DNA of 64,000 nucleotides from Phycisphaerales bacterium (GTDB lineage: Bacteria > Planctomycetota > Phycisphaerae > WQYP01). Shown in pieces: positions 20,002-30,004 of the stretch (the first letter of the stretch is position 1; every line of letters starts with the position of its first letter). The translations under genes were made by a program, and so were the position numbers. The stretch spans positions 1-64,000 of the forward strand of contig DAIDJN010000070.1 of NCBI GenBank assembly GCA_027451365.1. The letters run 5' to 3'. Under the pieces are notes generated by a model. That model was not told the DNA's origin. It saw only the letters and a list, made by a program, of their open reading frames with translations, and made no database searches.

Positions 20002-22707
20002 ATGAATATGTTGCGCAACATTACTGAATATACGAAAACCTGCGCCGTCATTTACGCGGTGCTGCTGCCTGTGGCCGTGGCCGCCGGTGCCCGTTACACA
20101 CCGCCGCCATCACCGCACAAGATATTTAATTTCAACCCCGGCTGGAAGTTTATCCGCCAGAACATGGCCAGCGCGCAAAAGGTTGGATTTAACGATGCCA
20201 ACTGGGCGACGATCTCCACGCCGCATACTTTTAATGACACGAATTCCTACGATCATATCATCAGCCACAGTGGTGGCGACCGGCACGCCTGGACCGGTAT
20301 TGTCTGGTATCGGAAGCATTTCAAGCTGCCCGCTAAGGACGCCGGTGACAAGGTTTTTCTGGAATTTGAGGGCATCCGGCAGGCAGCGCACTTCTGGGTC
20401 AACGGCCATGACGCCGGACTGTTCGGAAATGGCGTTACCCCCTGCGGTCTGGACCTGACGCGGTTTGTCAACTTCGGCGCGGCGGATAACGTTATCGCCG
20501 TGGAGGTAAACAATCGCCTGAACTGCAAACAGCCGTCCACCGGTGTCCCCTACGAGTGGGAAGGCCGGGCGTTTAATCCTGATTACGGCGGCTTGCATTC
20601 GGATGTGAGGCTGATTCTCACGGGGAACATTTATCAGACACTGCCGCTCTATGACACGCTAAAAACCACAGGTATCTACATTTATCCTTCGTCGTTTTCC
20701 TTTAGTGCTCGCTCCTGCGATGTGCATGTGCGGTCGCAAGTGCGAAATGATTCGGGCCGCCGGGAATTGATCAGACTTTCCGCGGTGGTAGTGGACGCCG
20801 CGGGAAATCCATGCGCGAAGTTCAGCGGCACCCCGTTAGACATTCCGGCAGGTGGCACCGCAACCCTGACCGCACAGGGACAACTGACTCAGGCGCATTT
20901 CTGGAACGTGAAGAATCCTTATCTTTACCGGGTGGACTGTATTCTTCGTGCGGGTGGAAAAGTTGTGGACGTCCAGACGATCAGGACCGGATTCCGCCAG
21001 GTTCGGTTCAAAGGCGGCGCGGGTACGGGCGGAGTTTACCTGAACGGAAAATTTATTTATCTGACCGGTTATGCCCAGCGATCGGTGGACGACTGGGCCG
21101 GTCTTGGCGAGGCCTATCCTGACTGGATGCACGACTATAACGCGGCACTGATTCGCAGCACACACGCCAATTACATCCGCTGGATGCATATATCCCCTCA
21201 GCCGGTGGATGTGCGGGCGTGTGATCGCTACGGCATTGTTGAAATCTGCCCCGCGGGCGATAAGGAATATGATCCGGCATTGCGGCCGGGCGTGCCGCGG
21301 GCGGTGGCCACGGCCCAATGGCGGCAACGTGTGAATGTGATGCGCGACGCGATTATTTTGTATCGCGACAATCCGAGCATTCTGTTCTGGGAGGGTGGCA
21401 ATTCGCCCCTGACGCCCGCGCATATGCGACAGATGGTGGCGCTGCGCAAACGATGGGACCCGCACGGCTATCGTGCGATGGGCTATCGGGGCAACAGCGA
21501 TTACGCGGCTAATCATGCCATAACGGGCATTGCCGAATTCTATGGCGTGATGGTCGGACAGGCCCGGCGCACGGACAGGGTTGTCCGGCCGGGCCAAATG
21601 TTTCGCGCCTACAGCGTGCGGCGCCGCAATCGTGCGCCGCTGATTGAATGCGAGGATTTTCGCGATGAAGCGGCCCGCCGATTCTGGGACAACCATTCGC
21701 CGCCCTTCTTCGGCTTTAAACCGGGGCCACACGACACCTATCACTGGAATTCCGAGACCTTTTGTCTGGCCGCAGCGGTGCGATATTATGATTACTACAT
21801 CAATCGCATTTCGAATACGGATCCCGCCCATTCCAAATGGTCCGGATACGCCTCTATTTACTGGTCAGATTGCAACGCTGACGGCCGACAGGACAGCAGT
21901 GAAGTTTGCCGCGTCAGCGGCAAAGTGGATGCCGTGCGGCTGCCCAAGCAGGCGTATGACGTGTACCGCGTCATGCAGAATCCGCGACCGGACATCCACA
22001 TCATCGGTCATTGGACCTATCCGGCGGGTACGGTGAAAACGATTTACGTCGCAGCGAACCACTGCAAAATAGTGGAACTTTTCATCAATGGCGGAATTGT
22101 GGGCAAAGCGGATCATCCATGTCATTTTATCGACACGTTTCATCACCACGATAAAAACCTGGGTAACACTGGTTATATTTACGCATTTCCCCATGTGGGC
22201 TTTACGCCGGGCATAATCAAGGCGGAAGGATTCGCCCGCGGCCGGATACTGGCGCGCAATTCAATTCAAACGGCCGGTGCGCCGAAAAAGCTCCGGCTCA
22301 CCGTATTTACCGGTCCCGGTGGACTGCTGGCGGATGGTTCAGATGTTGCGTTTATTGACTTTGAAGTTCTGGACGCAAAGGGCAGGCGCTGTCCGACGGC
22401 TGAAAACCAGGTGAATTTCAGAATCAGCGGACCCGCTGAATGGCGCGGTGGCTATGACAGCGGCATTGTGAATTCGGTGGACAAGCTGCATCTGGACGCC
22501 GAATGCGGGGTCAATCGCGTGGCGATTCGTTCAACCTTGCACGCAGGCGAAATCACGCTCACGGCAATGGCCCCGGGACTTGCACCGGCAACAGCGCATA
22601 TTGAATCCAAACCGGTAAAAATAATCGGCGGCCTGGAACTTCAAATGCCGCAACGGCTGTCGCGGGCCGCTGGAGCGGATTTGGTTCAAAAAGCCCTGGA
22701 ACATTGA
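20002..22707 (+). CDS. Secreted glycoside hydrolase family 2 (beta-galactosidase-like)
   Basis: FNFNPGWKF, WYRKHF, FLEFEG, RTGFR, RDNPSILFWEGGN, HIIGHWTYP, ADGSDV; GAGGA RBS. Confidence 0.88.
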   Translation: MNMLRNITEYTKTCAVIYAVLLPVAVAAGARYTPPPSPHKIFNFNPGWKFIRQNMASAQKVGFNDANWATISTPHTFNDTNSYDHIISHSGGDRHAWTGIVWYRKHFKLPAKDAGDKVFLEFEGIRQAAHFWVNGHDAGLFGNGVTPCGLDLTRFVNFGAADNVIAVEVNNRLNCKQPSTGVPYEWEGRAFNPDYGGLHSDVRLILTGNIYQTLPLYDTLKTTGIYIYPSSFSFSARSCDVHVRSQVRNDSGRRELIRLSAVVVDAAGNPCAKFSGTPLDIPAGGTATLTAQGQLTQAHFWNVKNPYLYRVDCILRAGGKVVDVQTIRTGFRQVRFKGGAGTGGVYLNGKFIYLTGYAQRSVDDWAGLGEAYPDWMHDYNAALIRSTHANYIRWMHISPQPVDVRACDRYGIVEICPAGDKEYDPALRPGVPRAVATAQWRQRVNVMRDAIILYRDNPSILFWEGGNSPLTPAHMRQMVALRKRWDPHGYRAMGYRGNSDYAANHAITGIAEFYGVMVGQARRTDRVVRPGQMFRAYSVRRRNRAPLIECEDFRDEAARRFWDNHSPPFFGFKPGPHDTYHWNSETFCLAAAVRYYDYYINRISNTDPAHSKWSGYASIYWSDCNADGRQDSSEVCRVSGKVDAVRLPKQAYDVYRVMQNPRPDIHIIGHWTYPAGTVKTIYVAANHCKIVELFINGGIVGKADHPCHFIDTFHHHDKNLGNTGYIYAFPHVGFTPGIIKAEGFARGRILARNSIQTAGAPKKLRLTVFTGPGGLLADGSDVAFIDFEVLDAKGRRCPTAENQVNFRISGPAEWRGGYDSGIVNSVDKLHLDAECGVNRVAIRSTLHAGEITLTAMAPGLAPATAHIESKPVKIIGGLELQMPQRLSRAAGADLVQKALEH

Positions 22708-22837
22708 TCCGCAAAGCGCCGGTGGGAAGCGGCGTTCAGTTTTGATGTGCGACAATCGGCCGATGACGGTTTGCTTTTGCGAATAGACCGTATGGATGGC
22801 GGGAAAAGGGTGAACAGAATGGCTTAATCATACCTCG

Positions 22838-23497
22838 TCATAATCCGGTTGAAAGCATATTCAGAAAATCACCGAGGGCTTTTAGGGAAGGGTGCGCGAC
22901 ATCCCAAAGCCTCGCCGCCCCGCTCTCGCCCAACGTTAATTCCGGCTTCTCGCTGACAGCTATCAAGGCATGTACCATGGCTTTTGCTTTCCAGTTGTCC
23001 ATTGCCCAATCCGCTTCTTTGCGAGGTTGAGGTACGCAATTAATGAATGTCTCAACGCATCGGCGACGGTCACCTTCGGGAATCGATTCAAGAAGTGCAT
23101 GTTCAAAACAGCCGGTCTGGCGGCCATGGGGAAGAATCAGGAACGCGGTGGATATGCCGCGATGTGCACTACTCGAAAGCTTGCCGCTGTCCAAGGACGA
23201 GGAAAGCCCATTAGCAATGAAAGCATCCTTCACCGATTGTGCCGCCATTGCATCGCCGCCTTCGGCATCGCGAATAACGGCCACGCGTTTGACGTATTGA
23301 AAGAAATTCCTCGCCGCGCATGCTGCGGTTAAACGGTCCCTAAGCGCCGAAACGGAACCGAAATCGAGTAAGGCAATCGGTCCAGGTCGATAAACCCGGT
23401 GGATAAAATGAAGCGGATTTTTTCCTTCAATAAAAAGCAGCACCGGCTTTTCCGGCGACGGCTGGTAGATATCTGGGAATCGTAAATCGACGGCCAT
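22838..23497 (-). CDS. DUF3226-like TOPRIM-type protein, partner of upstream ATPase
   Basis: LLFIEG, VAVIRDAE, ILP....GCFE, KA..HA.IA, WD..HP.L..L..FL. Start overlaps the ATPase stop (TGATG). Confidence 0.65.
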   Translation of the reverse strand: MAVDLRFPDIYQPSPEKPVLLFIEGKNPLHFIHRVYRPGPIALLDFGSVSALRDRLTAACAARNFFQYVKRVAVIRDAEGGDAMAAQSVKDAFIANGLSSSLDSGKLSSSAHRGISTAFLILPHGRQTGCFEHALLESIPEGDRRRCVETFINCVPQPRKEADWAMDNWKAKAMVHALIAVSEKPELTLGESGAARLWDVAHPSLKALGDFLNMLSTGL

Positions 23498-24576
23498 CAG
23501 CGGACCTCAATTCGGGCTTCCTCTGAAACCGTCATAAGATGATGGTCATACAATTGGGCGGTTGCGGTACCTGTGCCATTCCGGTCGATCCGGAAAACGC
23601 GCAGATGGTCAGGAGAGTTTTCAAATGCCGCGACCGCATAACGCAACATTTCCTCGCTGTGTGTGGTACAAAATAACTGCACTCCAGTACGGGCGCACAG
23701 GCGGTCGATGGACTTCCAGAAATTCTGCATCACGGAAAAATGCAAACCGGAATCTATTTCGTCAACCAGGACAGTTTTGCAGCCTCTGGTTGCCAGCCCG
23801 GTGGCAATAAGGCACGCTCGGCAGAATCCATCTCCCAGTGTTTGAATCGGGAATAGCGATGCTTCGCCCACATCCGCCAAAACTACCGGGATCGACACCG
23901 GTCCGGACACTTTCAGGCCGGAGACCAGGGATCGCAGACGTGGATCCACCGCTTTGACTACATCGTAAAGCTCGACCTCTCGACGTGCCGCCAGGAGATC
24001 GGTAAGAGCTTGCGCGGTCTCAGCGACACTGTTGGAGCGGCGAGCCTGCAGAAAAAAGGCGGAGGCGGAATCTGAAATGACCAACTGGGGTGCCTGGAAC
24101 CCTTGGGGAACAAGCGCTGCGTCTACTGCGTGAAGGGTCTGGTCGGCGTCCCGATACTCCCAACGAACACCGGTCATCATGATTTCATCCATGCCGCCCG
24201 CAGGTCGGAACGGGTTAACGCCATCGCTCGATGATATCTTTGTCGCCGTTTGGCCCCCTTGATGCGCCAGAACCTTCAGGCCGATTTCGCCTTGGGCATT
24301 TCTGGCCCGGATATCGATTGTATTCTTCGGGTCCATGTCAGGGAAATAGGCGCGCAGCGGGTAATCAAACGCGGCATTCAGCCCGACCATATCGCGGAAG
24401 GAGGCCAAGGCAATCATAAAATGAGGGTTTCCCGGCGTGGAGACCATCCCGATCGCTTCCAGCGCGGAAGTCTTGCCTGAGCCATTGGCGCCGACGAATA
24501 TATTCATTCGGGCCAAACCATTGATTTTCAATCCGCCCACGCCACGAAAATTGTTTATGTGTATGGATTCAAGCAT
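23497..24576 (-). CDS. Soluble ABC-type (AAA_15/AAA_21-like) ATPase
   Basis: IHINNFRG, Walker A GANGSGKT, signature LGDG, Walker B/D-loop VLVDEIDSGLH, H-loop QLFCTTHS; no TM segments. Confidence 0.9.
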   Translation of the reverse strand: MLESIHINNFRGVGGLKINGLARMNIFVGANGSGKTSALEAIGMVSTPGNPHFMIALASFRDMVGLNAAFDYPLRAYFPDMDPKNTIDIRARNAQGEIGLKVLAHQGGQTATKISSSDGVNPFRPAGGMDEIMMTGVRWEYRDADQTLHAVDAALVPQGFQAPQLVISDSASAFFLQARRSNSVAETAQALTDLLAARREVELYDVVKAVDPRLRSLVSGLKVSGPVSIPVVLADVGEASLFPIQTLGDGFCRACLIATGLATRGCKTVLVDEIDSGLHFSVMQNFWKSIDRLCARTGVQLFCTTHSEEMLRYAVAAFENSPDHLRVFRIDRNGTGTATAQLYDHHLMTVSEEARIEVR

Positions 24577-24640
24577 CGCACGACTCCCGGATTCAATTGA
24601 ATTCCAGCCACCGGCGGACACGGAATTAAATCCATCCGCA

Positions 24641-25492
24641 TTATCCCATAAACTCCACCGGCGTACACGGCGGAATTAATGCCGCTTTGGCACCCGCATC
24701 CAGCAATGCGTTCACGGCGCTGCGCCCCTGCGGGCCGTAATCCAGCGTCCAGTGATTCACATACATGCCGACAAATTCATCCGCCAGTTTTTCATTCATG
24801 TCCCGCGCGTATTGCAGGGCGTGGCGCACCGCTTCGGACCGGTGCGCCAGTGAAAATTCAATGCTCCGTTTTAATATTCCAGTGACTTCCCGCATCACCG
24901 GCTCACCTAAATCGCGGCGAATAACATTTCCGCCCAGTGGCAGCGGCAGACCGGTCTTTTCCCGCCACCATTTCCCCAGGTCCACACAGCAGATCAAGCC
25001 ATTGTTCTGATATGTCAGTTGCCCTTCGTGAATAATAAGACCCGCGTCCGCATAGCCCGCTTCCACATATTGAAGAATTTCATCAAATGGTTTTACAACG
25101 GTGTGCACACCTTTGCCCAACAGAAGCTGCATGGTCAGAAAGGCGGTGGTAAGAGTGCCCGGAATGGCGATGCGTTTGGTTTTAAGCTCTTCGGGCGTGA
25201 ACGGCTTTTTGGAAACGATCATCGGCCCGTAGTTATCGCCCATGGAACAGCCGCAGCCCATCAGGGCATATTTGTCCTTCACATAAGGATAGGCGTGGAG
25301 GCTGATGGCGGTAATTTCCAGTTCACCTTTCATGGCGCGCGTGTTCAGGGTCTGAATATCCTGAAGGATGTGCTGGAACTCATACGGTCCGCCATCCATT
25401 TTTCCCGTGGCCAGGCCGTAAAACATGAATGCGTCATCCGGATCCGGTGAGTGGCCGAGTCTTAGTTTCATTTTTTCCGCCTTGTCCGCCAT
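24641..25492 (-). CDS. mqnD: 1,4-dihydroxy-6-naphthoate synthase (futalosine pathway)
   Basis: GHSPDPDDAFMF, IPGTLTTA, IIHEGQLTY, DLGKWW...LPLPLGG, MYVN. Confidence 0.92.
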   Translation of the reverse strand: MADKAEKMKLRLGHSPDPDDAFMFYGLATGKMDGGPYEFQHILQDIQTLNTRAMKGELEITAISLHAYPYVKDKYALMGCGCSMGDNYGPMIVSKKPFTPEELKTKRIAIPGTLTTAFLTMQLLLGKGVHTVVKPFDEILQYVEAGYADAGLIIHEGQLTYQNNGLICCVDLGKWWREKTGLPLPLGGNVIRRDLGEPVMREVTGILKRSIEFSLAHRSEAVRHALQYARDMNEKLADEFVGMYVNHWTLDYGPQGRSAVNALLDAGAKAALIPPCTPVEFMG

Positions 25493-25642
25493 GGTCATCC
25501 TTTGTTCAGGGGCCGTTATCAAACGGAATATGATAGTGGTTTGTCCGCCGGCAGGCGACAGGTCGGAAAAAACCAAAAAAAACGCCGCACGGTGTTACCC
25601 GTGCAGCGTCTTTTCAGGAAGGAGAATCGAATCGCCTCCGGC

Positions 25643-26794
25643 TTACGCCGGCAGGGCCTGGGTTTGAGAAGGAACCGGGGTTTCGTCGTGACCATTTACC
25701 GCCGCAAGGGCGAAGCGCTGCACACAACCAGCCCACAGAAGCACTCCGCAGGCGCTGATCAGCAGGAAGGCCCACATCAGGCCCACGCCAAACCATTGGG
25801 AATTCAGATTCGGATAAAATGCGCGGGACACCTGGGCGCTGACCAGGAAGCCGACACCCAGAAGAAGGATTGCCGCACAGGCGGACAACGTCCGGGCTAC
25901 GACACTAAGCGTGCGGCTGAAACCTTTCGCCGGTACAAACAGCGCCAGCAGGGCTGAACCAAACGCGGCAAAAGCACCGACGGAAAACGCTATCGCCATA
26001 TCGTGGCCATAAGTGGCGTTGACACCGAAGATGGCCCGAAGGCCCACATCGTTCAGCGAGTCTATCGCGGGAACCGCCCAGAATATGGCGACCCCGGCGG
26101 CGGTCCAGATTTGCCAACGCGCCAGTTTTTCCGAACGCGGATGCAGCACATGAACCGCCAGAAGCGCGTTCATGGCGGCCAGAAGCAGGAAGCCGATCGT
26201 CGGCAGAATAATCATCGTTGCGCCAATCATGTTCTGCTGAACAACCGCCAGCAGCATGAGAGCCAAAATACTGAATGTCACGTTCAGCATCAGTCGCGAG
26301 CGCTTTTCACCGCGGAAAAATGGCAGCAGGCAAAAGCCGGCCGCGGCTGCGAACAATTCCCAGTTGTGCAAAACGCCCGGCACCGCGTAGGCTAGCGAAC
26401 CGGCATGAAGCTTGGGCCACCAGTTGGTCGGACCATTTTGCGCCGGCATGAACAGGCTTGCCGCCATGAGCACAAGGCACGCAGCCTGCGCCAGCACGGT
26501 TGTGCCGATTTCCAAAGGCAGCGTAAGTCCGCTGGCGCGCGCCGGGCGTATGGTGTCGGCTTGAACCGCTTCCGATGTGGTGGTGGCCGGCATTTGAGCA
26601 ACCGGTGTTGGCGGGGAAATAATTTCCGTTTCGCCATTCTTCATGGAAATTCGAATGACTGGCGACGTTCCGGAAACCGCGTCTGGCCTGGTGAAGCGCG
26701 CATCGGTCCCCGCGCTGACTGCCGCGTCGGTTTCTGACTTGATTCGCCACTGTAACTTCGATCCCTGCATACCGGTTGTTTTGGTGCGGCTCAT
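25643..26794 (-). CDS. Polytopic membrane protein of unknown function
   Basis: About 90-aa low-complexity N-terminus followed by about 9 hydrophobic segments; GAAAGG upstream. Confidence 0.65.
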   Translation of the reverse strand: MSRTKTTGMQGSKLQWRIKSETDAAVSAGTDARFTRPDAVSGTSPVIRISMKNGETEIISPPTPVAQMPATTTSEAVQADTIRPARASGLTLPLEIGTTVLAQAACLVLMAASLFMPAQNGPTNWWPKLHAGSLAYAVPGVLHNWELFAAAAGFCLLPFFRGEKRSRLMLNVTFSILALMLLAVVQQNMIGATMIILPTIGFLLLAAMNALLAVHVLHPRSEKLARWQIWTAAGVAIFWAVPAIDSLNDVGLRAIFGVNATYGHDMAIAFSVGAFAAFGSALLALFVPAKGFSRTLSVVARTLSACAAILLLGVGFLVSAQVSRAFYPNLNSQWFGVGLMWAFLLISACGVLLWAGCVQRFALAAVNGHDETPVPSQTQALPA

Positions 26795-27107
26795 GGTAAA
26801 CCAACCTTTCTTCTTGCCGCCCGCGCAGTCTCTTTCCTGGACACCGTGAAAGAACGCTCAGGCACAGGCAAAACTATCGGCAGGAAGTCGAGAAGTCTTG
26901 GGACCATGTTGTAATTTTTCACTTGAATTTTCAGTGTTCCGATAAACGTGCGCCTGCCGCCTAAAAGGGGCCGCGTCCTAGAATTAAATCAGACAGGTTC
27001 GTTTGTGCGCAATGTTTTTGTCTTTCTTGCCGCCACAATCTGGCAAGGTTTCAGCTTGCGCCTTACGATGGTCAGCGGCATTACAGTTCGTTTGGAAAGC
27101 GTCCGGC

Positions 27108-28304
27108 ATGTATTTACAAACCAACATACCCGCGGTTAATTCATCTGATGATTCCGTGATTCTGATAGCGCTGATGAGCGGCACCAGCGTGGACTCCATA
27201 GATGGTGTTCTGGTGGAAATCTGCGGAAATTTACCGGACGTGGCGGTAAAAGTCCTCTATATCGCCGAGCGCCAATGGCCTCGGGAATTGCGCGCCCGGT
27301 TGCTCGGTGCGATGGCGCCGGCGGTTGTGCCCACCGCGGAAATCTGTGATTTGAACATTCTTGTCGCGCGGGAATTTGCCGCGCTGGCCAACAATATCGC
27401 GAATTCCGGCCCGCTTCGCCGGGACCAAATTACCGCTATTGCCAGCCATGGACAGACCCTTTGTCATCTGCCGCCGAATTCCAATCGCCCTGTCGGAAGC
27501 ACACTCCAGATCGGTGATATTGCCACCATCGCACAACTCACCGGTCTTGCGACTGTTGGAAATTTCCGCACCGCCGATATGGCCGTGGGCGGCCAGGGAG
27601 CTCCCCTCGTGCCGTTTGCCGACCGTATTCTGCTTTCCGACGCTGCACGATTCCGCTGCATTCAGAACATCGGCGGCATTGCCAATGTCACCTTTCTGCC
27701 GCCGCGCAACGCGCCTGATTCACCCGTCATGGCTTTTGATACCGGTCCGGGGAATATGCTGCTTGATGCGCTTGCGTCCATTTTGTCCGAAGAAACCAGA
27801 ACCTTTGATGATCAGGGCCAATGGGCGGCTTCAGGAAATGTGGATGCTGCGCTTCTGGTAAAACTGCAGGCCCATCGGTTTTTTTCAATGTCGCCGCCCA
27901 AAAGCACCGGCCGCGAAGATTTTGGCCGCCAGCTTGCCCTTCAGTTAACGGCCGAATATCCCGCAGTGCCCCCGGAAAATCTGTTGGCCACGGCCGCCGA
28001 ACTGACCGCCTGGAGCATTGCTGATGCCTATCGCCGGTTTCTGCCGCGGTTCCCGGACGAGGTCATTCTGTGCGGTGGCGGAATGTATAACGATGATCTG
28101 GTGGGACGCCTCAATCGGCATCTGTTTCCAGCCCGAAACGCGGCGCTGCAATTCATTGATTCCTTTGGCATTCCAAACAAGGCGCGGGAAGCGGTCTGTT
28201 TTGCAATTCTTGGCTGGGCGTGGTTGCGGAATTGTCCGGGGAATTTGCCGGAAGTTACCGGCGCAGTCAGACCGGTCCTTTGCGGACAATACGCCCGTCC
28301 CTGA
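27108..28304 (+). CDS. anmK: Anhydro-N-acetylmuramic acid kinase
   Basis: LMSGTSVDSID, SHGQT, GGQGAPLVP, NIGGIAN, FDTGPGN, PKSTGRE. Start approximate. Confidence 0.95.
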   Translation: MYLQTNIPAVNSSDDSVILIALMSGTSVDSIDGVLVEICGNLPDVAVKVLYIAERQWPRELRARLLGAMAPAVVPTAEICDLNILVAREFAALANNIANSGPLRRDQITAIASHGQTLCHLPPNSNRPVGSTLQIGDIATIAQLTGLATVGNFRTADMAVGGQGAPLVPFADRILLSDAARFRCIQNIGGIANVTFLPPRNAPDSPVMAFDTGPGNMLLDALASILSEETRTFDDQGQWAASGNVDAALLVKLQAHRFFSMSPPKSTGREDFGRQLALQLTAEYPAVPPENLLATAAELTAWSIADAYRRFLPRFPDEVILCGGGMYNDDLVGRLNRHLFPARNAALQFIDSFGIPNKAREAVCFAILGWAWLRNCPGNLPEVTGAVRPVLCGQYARP

Positions 28305-28546
28305 CACAGGCCAGACCAGCGTCAGCGGTCCGGCGAGCCACATCATGTTGTCGGCCCGGTAGCTTCTACATCGTGCGTGGGTTAAGCTATTCCAGCTGTC
28401 CGGGTGCCGCGCCTGCTGGCATTGCCTGCAAAATGGAAACGGGCTTCCGGCAAAACTAAAATGGGGCCGCGTCCCCAAGGGACATAGGGCCGCATTGCCT
28501 GGACTTTTATTGAGGTATTCGCGGCTTTTCCTGATTTATCAACTGT

Positions 28547-29758
28547 GTGCAGTATATGGTCCAACGCAAATCGGCAAACCCGCCCGCCCAGAAACCGGAA
28601 TTTCATCTTCTGCTCAACGGCCTGTCCATGGGCGGCGGCGGCGGATATACGGTGGGGCTGCAGCTTTTTTTGAATATTGCCCGCCTGCGGCCGCAGTGGA
28701 AGGTGACCATGGCGGTAATCGCCGGCCATCCGCTTCATCAGGAAATTGTGAACGAAACTCTGGAGCCGAATTGCCAGGTGCACTGGGCGCCGGCAACGGC
28801 CCGTGGCCAACTGGCGCGCAGCCGCTACGAATCGGGCGAATTTACCCGCTGGATGAAAAGCCAGCAGGTGGATTTTATTTTGCAGTTAAACGGCATGATT
28901 ATCCCTGGAGTCTCTATTCCAACGCTGGCCCACTGCCAGGACCCATGGCCCTACCGGCCGGAGGCGTGGAATCGACCGCAGGATAGAGTAATCGCCTTTT
29001 TCAAACGCCGGGCCAATCGGCTGGCGTTTCGGCAAGCCGCGATCGTCGGATGGACCAGCCATTATTTGCGGGACCTGATGTGCGCGCGACTCGGCCTGAC
29101 GCCGCGGCACGGCGCGGTGTTTTATAACGGTGTGGCAACCGAATGGCTGGACCGCGCCGCGGCACCGCTTCCATCCTGGACCCATCGGCCTCTGGAAATC
29201 ACAACCGTGGGCAACGTGGCCATGTACAAGCAGCAGGACATGGTCATTCGTGCGCTGGCGGACTTGCGAAAACAACCGGGCCTGGAAAAGCTTATTTATC
29301 GGATTGCTGGTGAATGTCCCGCGGATCTTGCCAGTCATCTGGCGGGTCTGGCACATTCGCTGGGTATTGGCGATGCCGTGGTTATGGAGGGTCGCGTGAG
29401 CCGCGAAAGGATTGCCGCAATCTTCGGCCAAGCCCGCTGTTTTGTCCTGATGAGCAAATGTGAATCCTTCGGTTTGCCGGCGGTGGAAGCGATGACCTTC
29501 GGCACGCCTGCGGTGGTGGCCGACTGCTGCGCACTGCCGGAAGTATGCGGCACCGCGGCAAGTAAAGTTTCCGCCACGGATTTGCCGGGGCTGGTGCGGG
29601 CCATTACCGACGTTTTGCAAAATCCGGCGGCGGCGGAAAATATGAGGCAACTCGGTGCGGAAAATGTCCTGCGCTTCGGCTGGAGCGCCACCGCACAGGC
29701 GATGATTGATTCGATGGAAGCCTGTCTTGCCCGACGTGCCAACCCGGGTCCCGACTGA
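28547..29758 (+). CDS. Glycosyltransferase family 4
   Basis: VFYNGV, YKQQ, ESFGLPAVEAM (E-x7-E motif), LPEVCG. Confidence 0.9.
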   Translation: MQYMVQRKSANPPAQKPEFHLLLNGLSMGGGGGYTVGLQLFLNIARLRPQWKVTMAVIAGHPLHQEIVNETLEPNCQVHWAPATARGQLARSRYESGEFTRWMKSQQVDFILQLNGMIIPGVSIPTLAHCQDPWPYRPEAWNRPQDRVIAFFKRRANRLAFRQAAIVGWTSHYLRDLMCARLGLTPRHGAVFYNGVATEWLDRAAAPLPSWTHRPLEITTVGNVAMYKQQDMVIRALADLRKQPGLEKLIYRIAGECPADLASHLAGLAHSLGIGDAVVMEGRVSRERIAAIFGQARCFVLMSKCESFGLPAVEAMTFGTPAVVADCCALPEVCGTAASKVSATDLPGLVRAITDVLQNPAAAENMRQLGAENVLRFGWSATAQAMIDSMEACLARRANPGPD

Positions 29759-30004
29759 TTTTGCCACAAAATCGGCTGTTTGTCGGGGTTTCCGACCATC
29801 GCCATATATCACCAACCGCCGCGCAGTGTATAACTCGCGTTGCCGTGTCCAGCCGCAAATTTGAATGCTTAACGTGTGACGATTTTCATTCCGGCTTTGT
29901 TCGCATCATCGATCGCAAGCGCGACCGCCGCGACAGATACGTTTTCCCGAATTGGGGCCGGTGCGCCATCTGAGCAACCGACTGTCGGCAGCACGTTGAA
30001 ATAT

